Below, one piece after another: positions 1-9,659 of a DNA stretch of 64,000 nt. The DNA comes from a virus (Duplodnaviria; Caudoviricetes). The position numbers and the translations under genes were made by a program. Positions within the stretch are counted from its first letter, which is position 1; every line of letters begins with the position of its first letter. The notes beneath the pieces are model-generated. The model had not been told where the DNA came from. It did not search any database and was given only the letters and a program-made list of their open reading frames with translations. The stretch is taken from positions 1 through 64,000 of the IMG/VR virus record IMGVR_UViG_3300016265_001297; one strand, 5' to 3'.

Positions 1-1
1 A

Positions 2-316
2 GATGAAAGGATTACTTCATCTTATGACTTTGAGCAGATGGAGGCTGGAGAAATCTTAGTCATAGGTGGAGAAATTTCTTCAATAAAGGAAATTACTACA
101 AGAAACGGGGAACCTATGGCTTTTGTGGAAGTCGTTTATGGAGAAAATATTTGGAATGTCACAGTATTTTCAAACAAGTATTGGAAATACAAAGAATTTC
201 TTCACGAAAACTCATTGGTAATAGCCAGAGGAAAGAAGGACGATTACAACGAAGAAAATATTATTCTTGATGAACTAGCTTCATTACAAGCTTTAGCTAA
301 ACAAGTAAATGTCTGA
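2..316 (+). CDS. dnaE: DNA polymerase III alpha subunit, C-terminal OB-fold (partial, runs in from the window edge)
   Basis: Frame open from base 2. GEISSIKEITTRNGEPMAFVEV...VTVF...SLVIARGK resembles the DnaE OB domain. Confidence 0.75.
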   Translation, partial: DERITSSYDFEQMEAGEILVIGGEISSIKEITTRNGEPMAFVEVVYGENIWNVTVFSNKYWKYKEFLHENSLVIARGKKDDYNEENIILDELASLQALAKQVNV

Positions 317-752
317 TTTTAAAAATTTTAAAAGAGACATTATGATGCGAATTTCTAAAATGGAAATTCCAGAAGAAGATGGGTTTTGGCCTGAAGCAAT
401 ATTTATGGAAGACAAAACAGGCAACGAACAAATTGTTTATATAGACGAGCTAAGAGATTTTTCTAATGAAAACAATGTTTCTGTTGAAGAACTAGTCACA
501 GATGTGATAAAAGAAGAAAATCCTAAGAACCTTGCCCTAGTGTTTGAAACAAGGATACTTTTTATGGAAGGGCATGAGAAATCAGTTTTATCCTTGCTAA
601 TAGGAGACATAATGGATTTAGAATGTTATGAAGCTTCTTACTATGAAGACAAAGGTATGCTAAAATTAGAAAACTTCGAAACGCTACACAAGGAAGATTA
701 TCCAGATGAAGCTTTAGCGGTTAGAAGAGCAATGACTTATCAAAACGAATAA
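309..752 (+). CDS. hypothetical acidic protein
   Basis: 147 aa ORF overlapping the dnaE stop, operon-like spacing. Confidence 0.6.
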   Translation: MSDFKNFKRDIMMRISKMEIPEEDGFWPEAIFMEDKTGNEQIVYIDELRDFSNENNVSVEELVTDVIKEENPKNLALVFETRILFMEGHEKSVLSLLIGDIMDLECYEASYYEDKGMLKLENFETLHKEDYPDEALAVRRAMTYQNE

Positions 753-761
753 AGGAAAAAT

Positions 762-1886
762 ATGCCAGTAAGAGAAGAATACGCAGAAGAATTAATAACA
801 GCCATTGAAAAAACTTATGGCAAAGGAACTTTTCACAAGGGAGCAGAATCAAAGAGAGTAACTAGAATTCCTACTGGTTCATTCGAACTTGATTATGCCA
901 CAGGCGGAGGAATTCCAATGGGTAGGATTACTTCTTTTTGGGGAAACTATTCATCAGGAAAAACTTTGACAATGCTAAATGTTATGAAGAATGCACAGAA
1001 CATTCATATTTTTGGCGAAATGATGGCAGACTCAAAGATTGAAGGAATTAAGCAACAGGGAGAACAAATTTTAGAAAACTTTCCAGACGGAATGACTATT
1101 GTTTATTACAATATCGAAATGGTCTGGGATAAAGATTTTGCTGAAAGAATTGGAGTTGACACAGACAAGGTATTCATTGTAGAAACTTCTAGGATTGAAG
1201 AAGTTGGAGAAATTGCTTCAAGCTTACTTGGTGCCTACCACCTTCACTGCATTGATTCTGTTTCAGAAGGAACTTCGCTAGACGAACTAAACTCAGATAT
1301 TTCTGACTGGCATATGGGAATTAAAACTAGAGTTTGGAATAAAGCGCTAGACCATATGAAAGATAAAATGGACTTGTACGAGAATTCAATTCTATTTACT
1401 AGACAAGTTACAACAGATATTAGAACTGGAAGCATGCAGCCTAAAGGCGGCAACAAAATGGACCATACTATCGGAATGCAGATTCAGTTTAAGCGAGGGG
1501 GATGGTTATTTAATAGGGATGGCGAACTAAAGCCAGAGGCAGAAAAATCTCCAAACACTCTTTCTGGAAAGGCAGAGGCAGATGGATTTGAAATTATGGC
1601 GAGGGTTGACAAGAGCAGAGTTGGAAGGCCTTTTAGAACTGCTCATATGCAGATTAATCTAAACAAAATGGGAGTAGATCATAATTACGAGCTAGCAAAA
1701 GCAGCCGTATTTTTTCAAGTCGTAGAAAAAAGTGGAAGTTGGTACAAGTTGCCAGAAGGAATAGAATATGATGGAAAGAACAGCGTTCAAGGCAAGGCAA
1801 AACTTGCAGCAGTAATAAGTCAAGACGCTAAGTTAAAAAAGAAAATTATGGATATTATGTATGAGTATATGTGGGAGAACCCTTAG
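762..1886 (+). CDS. recA: RecA/UvsX-family recombinase
   Basis: IPTGSFELDYATGGGIPMGRITSFWGNYSSGKT (Walker A), LHCIDSV (Walker B). Confidence 0.95.
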   Translation: MPVREEYAEELITAIEKTYGKGTFHKGAESKRVTRIPTGSFELDYATGGGIPMGRITSFWGNYSSGKTLTMLNVMKNAQNIHIFGEMMADSKIEGIKQQGEQILENFPDGMTIVYYNIEMVWDKDFAERIGVDTDKVFIVETSRIEEVGEIASSLLGAYHLHCIDSVSEGTSLDELNSDISDWHMGIKTRVWNKALDHMKDKMDLYENSILFTRQVTTDIRTGSMQPKGGNKMDHTIGMQIQFKRGGWLFNRDGELKPEAEKSPNTLSGKAEADGFEIMARVDKSRVGRPFRTAHMQINLNKMGVDHNYELAKAAVFFQVVEKSGSWYKLPEGIEYDGKNSVQGKAKLAAVISQDAKLKKKIMDIMYEYMWENP

Positions 1887-2113
1887 TGCTAACTGACGAG
1901 ATTTATAAGGATGGCAAAACAAATTTTACGCCCGACTTTAAATCCGTAGAACCTTTTCCAGATAAAGGTCTTGAAGAAGCAATTGATTTAATAACAAAAT
2001 CAAATTACATAAAAGAAATTTTAGCTCAAAAGAATGTTTATGGTATAATTCATATTCTTTCACATGTTAAAGAAGCTATAGAAGCAGAAAGGAAAATAGA
2101 AAAAATTGAGTAG
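1871..2113 (+). CDS. hypothetical protein
   Basis: 80 aa ORF overlapping both neighbours. Confidence 0.5.
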   Translation: MGEPLVLTDEIYKDGKTNFTPDFKSVEPFPDKGLEEAIDLITKSNYIKEILAQKNVYGIIHILSHVKEAIEAERKIEKIE

Positions 2114-3059
2114 AGCAGAAGCCTATAAAAAGTTAGGAATTGATACAAAAACAGAACTTATCAAGCCTATACTTGATGAAGCTTATAAAAACGAGGAAGA
2201 GCAGATTTGGAATGAGGATTTGTTTTCTTCCCCACACGGAAGCCATTGGTCAACTTCATTTCATGCTAGTCAATTCCCCGGCGATGAAGAAACAGCTTGT
2301 GCAAGAAAAGCTTTATACGGTTTGATGAATATTCCTTCTCCGGGTCCAGTATCAAGGACAGGAAGAGCCATTATGGAGGCAGGACTTGATATTGAAGACA
2401 GAATTGTTAAAAGGTTTGAAAGAGCAGGAGTGTTGCTTTCAGAATCACCAGAGTCTAAATATCAAACTAAATTTACAGAAGAAAATGTATGGCTATCAGG
2501 TTCATCTGATGCAATAATTTTATTGCCAAGAACAAACAAGCCTCATGCAGTAGAGATTAAAACAAAATATAACTCAGCTATTGAAGAAATGATCGCAGGA
2601 GAAAGATCGTTTGACCCACAGCATAAAAGTCAGCTAATGACTTACATTTCTTTGTGCCGAGATTATGGTCACATTTTTTGGCCCGAGCTTGATAAATGTG
2701 ATAGCGGAACAATTCTTTATGTGAGTAGAGATAAACCTTCATTGACTTATGAATTTCATTTTGATTATGAAGAAGATTGGTGGAAAGAAGGAAAAGATAG
2801 GCTACTTGAGTGGAAAGAATACTTTTTAAATGATATACTTCCAGAAAAACCAGAAAGTTTTATGTGGTCAAAGGGACCATGCCAGTATTGCGATTATAAA
2901 AAGCATGCTTGCAAGCCAGATTTTAAAGAAGGGATAACTAAGTTATCAGAAAGCAATGGAATTAAGTGGGCAGAAGAACATTACGGAGAGTATAGTTTTG
3001 AAGCTCAGAAAGAAAATGTTATTGAAAGGTGGATAAATGAGTCAAGTAACGATAACTAA
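2106..3059 (+). CDS. PD-(D/E)XK exonuclease, Cas4/AddB-like with Fe-S cysteines
   Basis: SGSSDAII...VEIKTK, QLMTY, one N-terminal Cys (TACARK) and C-terminal PCQYCDYKKHAC. Confidence 0.85.
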   Translation: MSRAEAYKKLGIDTKTELIKPILDEAYKNEEEQIWNEDLFSSPHGSHWSTSFHASQFPGDEETACARKALYGLMNIPSPGPVSRTGRAIMEAGLDIEDRIVKRFERAGVLLSESPESKYQTKFTEENVWLSGSSDAIILLPRTNKPHAVEIKTKYNSAIEEMIAGERSFDPQHKSQLMTYISLCRDYGHIFWPELDKCDSGTILYVSRDKPSLTYEFHFDYEEDWWKEGKDRLLEWKEYFLNDILPEKPESFMWSKGPCQYCDYKKHACKPDFKEGITKLSESNGIKWAEEHYGEYSFEAQKENVIERWINESSNDN

Positions 3060-3780
3060 CGAAAAACACGCTAGGGCAGTCATTTCAGAAGCTAAAGGAT
3101 TTGGTCTTGATGTTGGAAGCCCCGAAACTAATGAAGAAATAATTAAGCTAGCAAATCAAATTTATGCCTATGCTCTTGAAGCAAGAGAAGAGGGTATGAA
3201 AGGCGAACACATTAAAACAATTATTAATTTAACAGAAAATTTTGAAGAACAACCAGTCGAAGAAGATTTACCGGAAGAAACTGCTCCGGCAGGCACCGAC
3301 GATGATGAAGATAAACAATTTTATATGAAATCAATTGAGGAAAGGATTGCCGAAAACATTCCAGTACCTCCAGAAATTGAAGGTGAGCCGCCTAACTTAC
3401 CGATTGACCTAAACGAATTGTCTGACAAAGAGGTTATAAGGCTACACGGAGCTTTTACAGCTTGTTCTGCTAGGGTAAACTGGTTATATGCAGTAGAAGA
3501 GGCAGGAGAGGCTTCTGCAAAGTTTATAGCTAACAAGAAAATTTCTGACTATATTGCTACAGCAGACAAAAAAGATGATGAAACAAAAAAGCCAAAAACT
3601 ATGGAAGTTTTAAAGGCAGAAGCTAGAGCAAATGATGAAGAAATTAATTACTGGAAATCTTTGCAAGAAAAACATGAAGTTTCAGCTAAAAAATATCATC
3701 TTGCCGCAGAAATCTTTAACAATAATGTAGAAAGAATTTCCAGACACTGGACAATGAGAACCCAAGAAAGGGGGCAGTAA
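3037..3780 (+). CDS. hypothetical acidic/coiled-coil protein in recombination block
   Basis: 247 aa ORF, translationally coupled, helical C-terminal half. Confidence 0.6.
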   Translation: MSQVTITNEKHARAVISEAKGFGLDVGSPETNEEIIKLANQIYAYALEAREEGMKGEHIKTIINLTENFEEQPVEEDLPEETAPAGTDDDEDKQFYMKSIEERIAENIPVPPEIEGEPPNLPIDLNELSDKEVIRLHGAFTACSARVNWLYAVEEAGEASAKFIANKKISDYIATADKKDDETKKPKTMEVLKAEARANDEEINYWKSLQEKHEVSAKKYHLAAEIFNNNVERISRHWTMRTQERGQ

Positions 3781-3924
3781 ATGACAATTACAAAACAATA
3801 TGAAAAAGCAAACAGTTCAGGGCCAAGCGTAGCCTTGTACACTCCGCAAGCTATTTTATTTTATATTTTTCTTATCGGACTTCTTGTTAAGGGAAATATT
3901 TGGGTTTGGTCTAGTATTTTTTAG
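3781..3924 (+). CDS. small membrane protein (47 aa)
   Basis: ATG directly after the upstream stop. MTITKQ...AILFYIFLIGLLVKGNIWVWSSIF, one hydrophobic segment. Below the ORF-track cutoff. Confidence 0.45.
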   Translation: MTITKQYEKANSSGPSVALYTPQAILFYIFLIGLLVKGNIWVWSSIF

Positions 3925-3956
3925 CTATTAATATTCCATTTTGATAGAATATCACT

Positions 3957-4433
3957 ATGGACATAAAAAATAAGATTGTGCTAGGAGTTGACCCATCTAG
4001 CACATCTATTGGGATAGCAAAATACGATAAAGGCAAGATAGTCTATTTCGATAATTGGAAAAAAGACAGCAAAAAGGGGCTTGAAGATAACTTAATTAGC
4101 TATTCGGCCTTTCTAGAAAGTGTTTTTCCAGCCAATATTGTTGTAATAGAAGACTTGTCTGTTCCTTTAAATCTTAATACAGTTAAAAAAATATCATACT
4201 ATCAAGGACTTACCATTTACCTATCAGCAAAATGGAAATCAGAAGTTGTTTTAATGCGTCCAACCGAAGCTAGAAAGCTAGCTTACGGCAAAGGCAACCT
4301 TTCTAAAGAAAAAGTTTATGAAATAGTCGGTAAAAAATATAAACTTGCCGATTTTAAAAAAGGTGGCGCTGATCAATCAGATGCTATAACATTAGTTGAG
4401 GCTTATGTCAGAAAACAAAAAGAAAAAGATTAA
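3957..4433 (+). CDS. ruvC: RuvC-like Holliday junction resolvase
   Basis: VLGVDPSSTSIG, VVIED, RPTEARKLAYGKGNLSKE, DQSDAI catalytic motifs. Confidence 0.85.
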   Translation: MDIKNKIVLGVDPSSTSIGIAKYDKGKIVYFDNWKKDSKKGLEDNLISYSAFLESVFPANIVVIEDLSVPLNLNTVKKISYYQGLTIYLSAKWKSEVVLMRPTEARKLAYGKGNLSKEKVYEIVGKKYKLADFKKGGADQSDAITLVEAYVRKQKEKD

Positions 4434-4863
4434 TATCTCAGAAGAAGAACGGCAGCGTAGAAGCGAAAGAGCCAAAGAAATGGTTAAAAAGGGCATCATA
4501 GGAGGCGATAGACGCTCCGAAGGTGCTGGAAGGCCAAAGGTAAAGAAGGCTACCGAAAAAGTTGCAGAGGAAGCAGACAGAAACGCATCTAAAATGGTGA
4601 AAGAGCTTAAAGATGTTTTAGAAAACGGCAAGCCTAGTGAAAAACTTAAAGCTATTGATCTTTGGCTAAGTATTGCAATAAAAGAAGAAGAAAAAAGAGA
4701 TAAAAAAGAGCTTGAACAAATTAAAAATGCAAGTAGAGAAGAATTAATTAAGTTAGTTGGTCAACAGATAATTCCTTTGCTACAGAGCGGAATAAAAATT
4801 CCCGGGCTTGATCAAATCGAAGAAACAATTACAGTAGAGGCAGAAGAAATTAAAGATGAGTAA
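4405..4863 (+). CDS. probable terminase small subunit
   Basis: Basic N-terminus with GAGRPK, helical body, directly upstream of and overlapping the terminase large subunit. Confidence 0.6.
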   Translation: MSENKKKKINISEEERQRRSERAKEMVKKGIIGGDRRSEGAGRPKVKKATEKVAEEADRNASKMVKELKDVLENGKPSEKLKAIDLWLSIAIKEEEKRDKKELEQIKNASREELIKLVGQQIIPLLQSGIKIPGLDQIEETITVEAEEIKDE

Positions 4864-6646
4864 AGAAAAAGCAATCGAAAAAGCTTTAGAGAATCTTGAT
4901 GAAGAAGAATTAAGAGAGATTGCTTATAAACTAGAAAGTTTAAGCGCCTCTACAGACATAGAAGAAAAAAGGCCAGAGACTGATGATGAACTTCATGAAT
5001 GGTTTAAAAAAGCAGTAGGCGTAAACATACCAAAAGTAGCTGCTACTCCAGATACTAATGCTCCTTTTGAATGGGTTGCAGATTTGTTTTTTGGTAGAGA
5101 GGATTCTGCGCTAATTATTGGAAGCAGAGGTTCAGGCAAATCATTCATGGCGGCTTTATTAATTTTTGCAATTTGTTACTGGTTTAAAGATATTGAGTGC
5201 ATGACTCTTGGAGCAATTGAGATTCAGGCTAAAAGAGTTTATTCTCATGTCAAGTCTTTTCAGATGAAAGCAGAAGAAAAACTTGGAGATAATAAAGTTA
5301 AGTCAAGCCAAATGTCTGAAACTCATTATAAAACTGGAGCAAAATATGAAATTGTAACATCTTCTCTTTCTGCGGTAAACGGTCCACACAGCCAATTTGT
5401 TCACAGGGACGAAGTTGAACTTATGGACAAAGAAGTTTATAAAGAATCACTAAACATTGAAAAAAGTAAAAAATTAGACAACGGAGAGATGCTTCCAACC
5501 AGAACTCTTTTAACTTCAACAAGAAAAAGATCAGACGGCCTTATGCAATCATTGATAGAAGAATGTTTGAAAGCAGAATCAGAAGGAAGAAAACCTCCAT
5601 TTAAAATTTACAATACAAATATTTATGATGTTATAGAAAATCAACCAAACTGCAGGGCAGCAAATCCAGATTTGCCAGAAGAACAAAAATGTAAGTGTGA
5701 TCAAATTGTTAGTGGAGAATGGGAACCGGGAAAAGCAAGAACATTTGAAGATTGTTGCGGCGGAGTCCTAAATAAAGCAGACGGATTTACCCCAATAGAA
5801 GATGCACATAATATTTTTGTAAAATCTCCCAAAGCTTTATGGGAAGCACAGCAAGAAAATAAAAGGCCTTATACAGAAGATATATCATATCCTTTATTTT
5901 CTAAACAAAGACACGGTATAGCCAATTTTGTTATTGACCCCGCTAACGGACCAATTTTTTGTGGGCTAGATGTTGGAGGAACAAACCCTCACGCGGTTGG
6001 TTGGGCGCAACTACTAGAATATGAATTAGAAGTGGACGGACATAACGGAACTATAAAAAGAATTCCAGAAGGGTCGTTAGTTTTATTTGGAGAACTTTAT
6101 GTTTCAGAAATTGGAATTGTTGAGTTAGCTGAAAAAATTGTAAATAAAGAAAGAGAGTGGTTAGCTGAAGATAATGACTTCAGGGTTCAAGGAAGATTTA
6201 TGGACCCGCAAGCTAAAGCAGCAAAATTAGATTTAAAAAAGAATAAACCGCCACTAGATTTTACTAAATGGCCTGCTATGACAAGAGATAGAGAGGTTCA
6301 TTTTACTAGACTTAGGGAAAGAATTAACGATGATCTTTTTTATGTTGATACTGGAACTTGCCCAATGTTTTGTGAAGAAATTGAAGTTTATAACTTTAAA
6401 AATAAAGATTTTGACCATATGCACGACGCAGTTGCATACCTAAATTCTAATCTATATGCGCTTTTGAAGAAAGGAAAGCAAGGAACAGGCGTTCCAACAC
6501 ATAAAGACAAGGCTCCTATCCAGCGGCCTAACCAATTTTCTGATAAAATACCTAGTATAAGAAAAAAATCTGCTACAGGGCAGGTTGAAAGCATAGATAG
6601 CTGGAGGGAATCACTCCTTGTCCAAAAAAATAAATTTAATAGATAG
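4856..6646 (+). CDS. terminase large subunit
   Basis: IIGSRGSGKS Walker A, VHRDEVE Walker B, GLDVGGTNP and DHMHDA nuclease motifs. Confidence 0.92.
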   Translation: MSKEKAIEKALENLDEEELREIAYKLESLSASTDIEEKRPETDDELHEWFKKAVGVNIPKVAATPDTNAPFEWVADLFFGREDSALIIGSRGSGKSFMAALLIFAICYWFKDIECMTLGAIEIQAKRVYSHVKSFQMKAEEKLGDNKVKSSQMSETHYKTGAKYEIVTSSLSAVNGPHSQFVHRDEVELMDKEVYKESLNIEKSKKLDNGEMLPTRTLLTSTRKRSDGLMQSLIEECLKAESEGRKPPFKIYNTNIYDVIENQPNCRAANPDLPEEQKCKCDQIVSGEWEPGKARTFEDCCGGVLNKADGFTPIEDAHNIFVKSPKALWEAQQENKRPYTEDISYPLFSKQRHGIANFVIDPANGPIFCGLDVGGTNPHAVGWAQLLEYELEVDGHNGTIKRIPEGSLVLFGELYVSEIGIVELAEKIVNKEREWLAEDNDFRVQGRFMDPQAKAAKLDLKKNKPPLDFTKWPAMTRDREVHFTRLRERINDDLFYVDTGTCPMFCEEIEVYNFKNKDFDHMHDAVAYLNSNLYALLKKGKQGTGVPTHKDKAPIQRPNQFSDKIPSIRKKSATGQVESIDSWRESLLVQKNKFNR

Positions 6647-9119
6647 CCCATCAGAATCAGAGGCTGAAAAAAGAACAAAGCAGATTATAACTAGGAGAGA
6701 GCAGGGACCATCTACTGCTACTCAAACATTTTCTCACAGATTTTTTGATCAACAAGTAGCGGCATTAGGTCAGCCGTATGATGTAACTCATATTCCAATT
6801 GATGTATTGGAAATTATGCAGCGCGACCCTATAATCGCTTTCGGACTCCACTTTAAAAAGGTTCCTCTAATGAGGGCAAGATGGCACATTAAATGTGAAG
6901 ATGCAAAAATCGCTTCTTTTGTTGATAATGCATTAAGAGAAATTTATCCTAGACTAGTAGCACAATTTTATAGGTCAAGGTCATTTGGATTTTCTCCAGT
7001 AGTAAAAAGATTTCAAAAGTCTATGCCAGACTGGACTTATATTGATACTTCTATTTCTGATGAAGAAATTCCAGTATGGGAAGAAGGAAATGTAGAAGCA
7101 ATTACATGGAAAACATTTACTCCGCTTCCTTGTAACCCAGAATATGTTAATCCTATTTTCAATGCTAAGGGCGAGTTTAATGGAATAGAATTTAATCCTC
7201 AGCCCTACACAGGAGTTAACACATTTTCTTTTAAGTCTATTCCAACAGAAGACGGCACACAAAATATTCCGGTATCTCATTCACTTTGGTTTACAAATGA
7301 AAGAGATACAGTTGACGGTTCACTTTGGGGCTATCCCGGCACAGGATATGTTTATAGATATTGGTGGAGCTATTGGTATAGATGGGCGCTTTACGATAGA
7401 TTCTTTGAAAGAAAATCAGACCCGCCTTATGTAGTGTATTATCCAGATGGCTCAGAAGATGGAGATTATCTTGCCGGTGATGGAACAGACATTGGTAAAT
7501 CAATGCAAGATGTTGCTTTAGGATTAGGTGTTTCTGCTAAATCAGGCGGAGCAATTGCTTTGCCTTCACAAACTTATACAGATTCACAAGATAGACCCGG
7601 CTCAATAAGAGAATGGGATATTCAGGAGCTAGAAGTTAAAGGCGATATGTCACACTTTGTAAATTCTTTTGAATATCTAGATGTTATGAAATTGAGGGGT
7701 CTATTTATTCCAGAGCAAGCACTTATTGAAGGCGCTAAGGGACAGTCTTCAAGAAATGTAGCAGCCGCGCACCAAGATATTATGACACAGGCACAAGCAT
7801 CAGATATTGACGAACTTGACGATGTAATTAATAGGTTTATTATTCCAGACTTGGTAAAGGCCAATTTCCCTGAGTCTAATGTAACAGCTAGAAAAGTAAC
7901 AACAGGATTTACTGAGGCTGATTTCGATACTATGAAAGAAATTATTAGAACAGTAAGCCAACAAGATGCTACTATGATGAACTCAGTTGATGTTCAGGAA
8001 ATGCTAGATAGAATTGGCGTTCCAACAATCACTAGAAAAGAACTTCTGGCGCAAGAAAAGAAAATTGCGGAGGAAATTTCATCTTTAGGGCCAGAGCCAG
8101 TAGAAGCACAAAGCGGAGAAGCAGCAGGGGTAACAGAAACAGGCTTATACTATCAGCCAAGAGAAGTAATTAAATTTTCAGACGCTACAGAATTTATTGA
8201 TTCTTTGCCAGACATGAAATGTTACAAAGACACAGGAATTAAATCAGCCACTGGGCAGCTAAGGCGAATTTGGAAAAATAATTTTGAAGATGTTTATAAA
8301 GATTTTGCAGAGTATGTTAAAACAGCAAGCATTCCTTCGCAAGAAGAAGGAGTAGCCTTAGCAGAGATTGACCCAACAGAAGTAGTAGAAAATGTTTTGG
8401 CAGATTGGGATTATTCGGAAGCAAAAATTGGCGAAATTACTGATTTATCAGAAGAAATTGTCAAGAAAGTGATGGGCGTTGCTGCTAGAATAGAATTAAG
8501 TGAATTAAATTTTGAAAATAATTGGGAAATTGACAACGACGAAGTTGCTCAGTACCTAGAAGAAAAAGCTTTAATTTATGCAGATTCAATTAATGAGACT
8601 ACTAAAAACGAGTTGAGGTCATTTTTGGCGAAAGAAATTAGTGAAGGAAAAACTACAGAAGAAATATCAAAAGATATTACTTCACATTTTGCTAATTTTC
8701 CAACAACTAGGGCAAACAAAGTAGCGAGAACAGAAATTCGTGACGCTTACAACTTTTCTATTCTTTCTGCAGGAAAAGAAGCCGGAATAAATGTTGTGCA
8801 AGCTAAAGATGCTCAGTTAGGCCCAACAGACGAATATTGTGAAAATAGAAATAACCAATTTTACACAATTGAGGAAGCTTTTGACGAAACTCTAAAAGAG
8901 CATCCGTCTGGAACATTAGAATGGAGACTAATCCCTAATTTAACTTCTGTATCTGAAACAACTGTTAACGCATCTGAGCTTGAAGAAGGCGAAATTGGCT
9001 ACTTTGATGATAAAACAGAAACAATTTACTTTAGTGAAGATGCAAGCGAATTTGAAATTTCCGAATTTAGAACACTTTTGGGAGAAATGCTTGTTGAAGA
9101 ATCAATTTTGTATTATTGA
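6618..9119 (+). CDS. portal protein (DUF935/Mu gp29-like) fused to MuF-like head morphogenesis domain
   Basis: Follows terminase. DPIIAFGLHFKK...W, SFGFSPV..., GQSSRNVAAAH portal features. C-terminal RANKVARTEIRDAYN...HPSGT is MuF-like. Confidence 0.85.
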   Translation: MSKKINLIDSPSESEAEKRTKQIITRREQGPSTATQTFSHRFFDQQVAALGQPYDVTHIPIDVLEIMQRDPIIAFGLHFKKVPLMRARWHIKCEDAKIASFVDNALREIYPRLVAQFYRSRSFGFSPVVKRFQKSMPDWTYIDTSISDEEIPVWEEGNVEAITWKTFTPLPCNPEYVNPIFNAKGEFNGIEFNPQPYTGVNTFSFKSIPTEDGTQNIPVSHSLWFTNERDTVDGSLWGYPGTGYVYRYWWSYWYRWALYDRFFERKSDPPYVVYYPDGSEDGDYLAGDGTDIGKSMQDVALGLGVSAKSGGAIALPSQTYTDSQDRPGSIREWDIQELEVKGDMSHFVNSFEYLDVMKLRGLFIPEQALIEGAKGQSSRNVAAAHQDIMTQAQASDIDELDDVINRFIIPDLVKANFPESNVTARKVTTGFTEADFDTMKEIIRTVSQQDATMMNSVDVQEMLDRIGVPTITRKELLAQEKKIAEEISSLGPEPVEAQSGEAAGVTETGLYYQPREVIKFSDATEFIDSLPDMKCYKDTGIKSATGQLRRIWKNNFEDVYKDFAEYVKTASIPSQEEGVALAEIDPTEVVENVLADWDYSEAKIGEITDLSEEIVKKVMGVAARIELSELNFENNWEIDNDEVAQYLEEKALIYADSINETTKNELRSFLAKEISEGKTTEEISKDITSHFANFPTTRANKVARTEIRDAYNFSILSAGKEAGINVVQAKDAQLGPTDEYCENRNNQFYTIEEAFDETLKEHPSGTLEWRLIPNLTSVSETTVNASELEEGEIGYFDDKTETIYFSEDASEFEISEFRTLLGEMLVEESILYY

Positions 9120-9155
9120 TATAATTAAAAGTAACTATGAAGAGACAGGCCGAAA

Positions 9156-9365
9156 ATGAAATTACAATTTTCTTTAAGCACAAGAACCACATTATCCCTA
9201 CTAACAGGGATGGTAGGTATGATATGGCAAGCAACAATAGCTACTTTAGGCGGTACAACTTCAAGAGATTTAATCGCCGCTTCTGTAACACTTATTTTAG
9301 CCTCATTGGGGCTTGGAATACATAGAGATAACAAAGACAATGGAGACACTAGCGGAAAACAGTAA
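9156..9365 (+). CDS. small two-TM membrane protein (holin-like)
   Basis: Two hydrophobic helices and a charged C-terminus. Confidence 0.5.
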   Translation: MKLQFSLSTRTTLSLLTGMVGMIWQATIATLGGTTSRDLIAASVTLILASLGLGIHRDNKDNGDTSGKQ

Positions 9366-9533
9366 AATGAGCTTTAAATTTAACAAAAAAGGGAAGGTAG
9401 TTGAAACTACAGTAGAGACTAAAGCTGCAAAAGTAAAAGCTTGTGTAAATCTGCCACTGCTAGTAGTCTCATTGTCAATCATAAGTTTGTTAAATTTATA
9501 TTGTATTTTTTTCCACAATTCAATAATTTAATT

Positions 9534-9656
9534 ATGCCAGCAGGAAGCAAACATTCAAAATGGTTTTATATTAACAAAGCGCTAAAAAGAAGAAAGCGTA
9601 AACGATCTGCTGCCGCTAAAAAAGGTTGGGAAACTAGAAGAAGAAAAAGGGGATAG
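9534..9656 (+). CDS. small highly basic protein with AAKKGWETRR motif
   Basis: MPAGSKHSKWFYINKALKRRKRKRSAAAKKGWETRRRKRG. The motif recurs twice in ORF 53251. Confidence 0.55.
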   Translation: MPAGSKHSKWFYINKALKRRKRKRSAAAKKGWETRRRKRG

Positions 9657-9659
9657 CCT

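Noticed and set aside
762-6646. Intein or intron in RecA or terminase
   Set aside because: The inserts are short and lack intein C/S...HN-C/S/T ends and homing-endonuclease motifs; frames are continuous.
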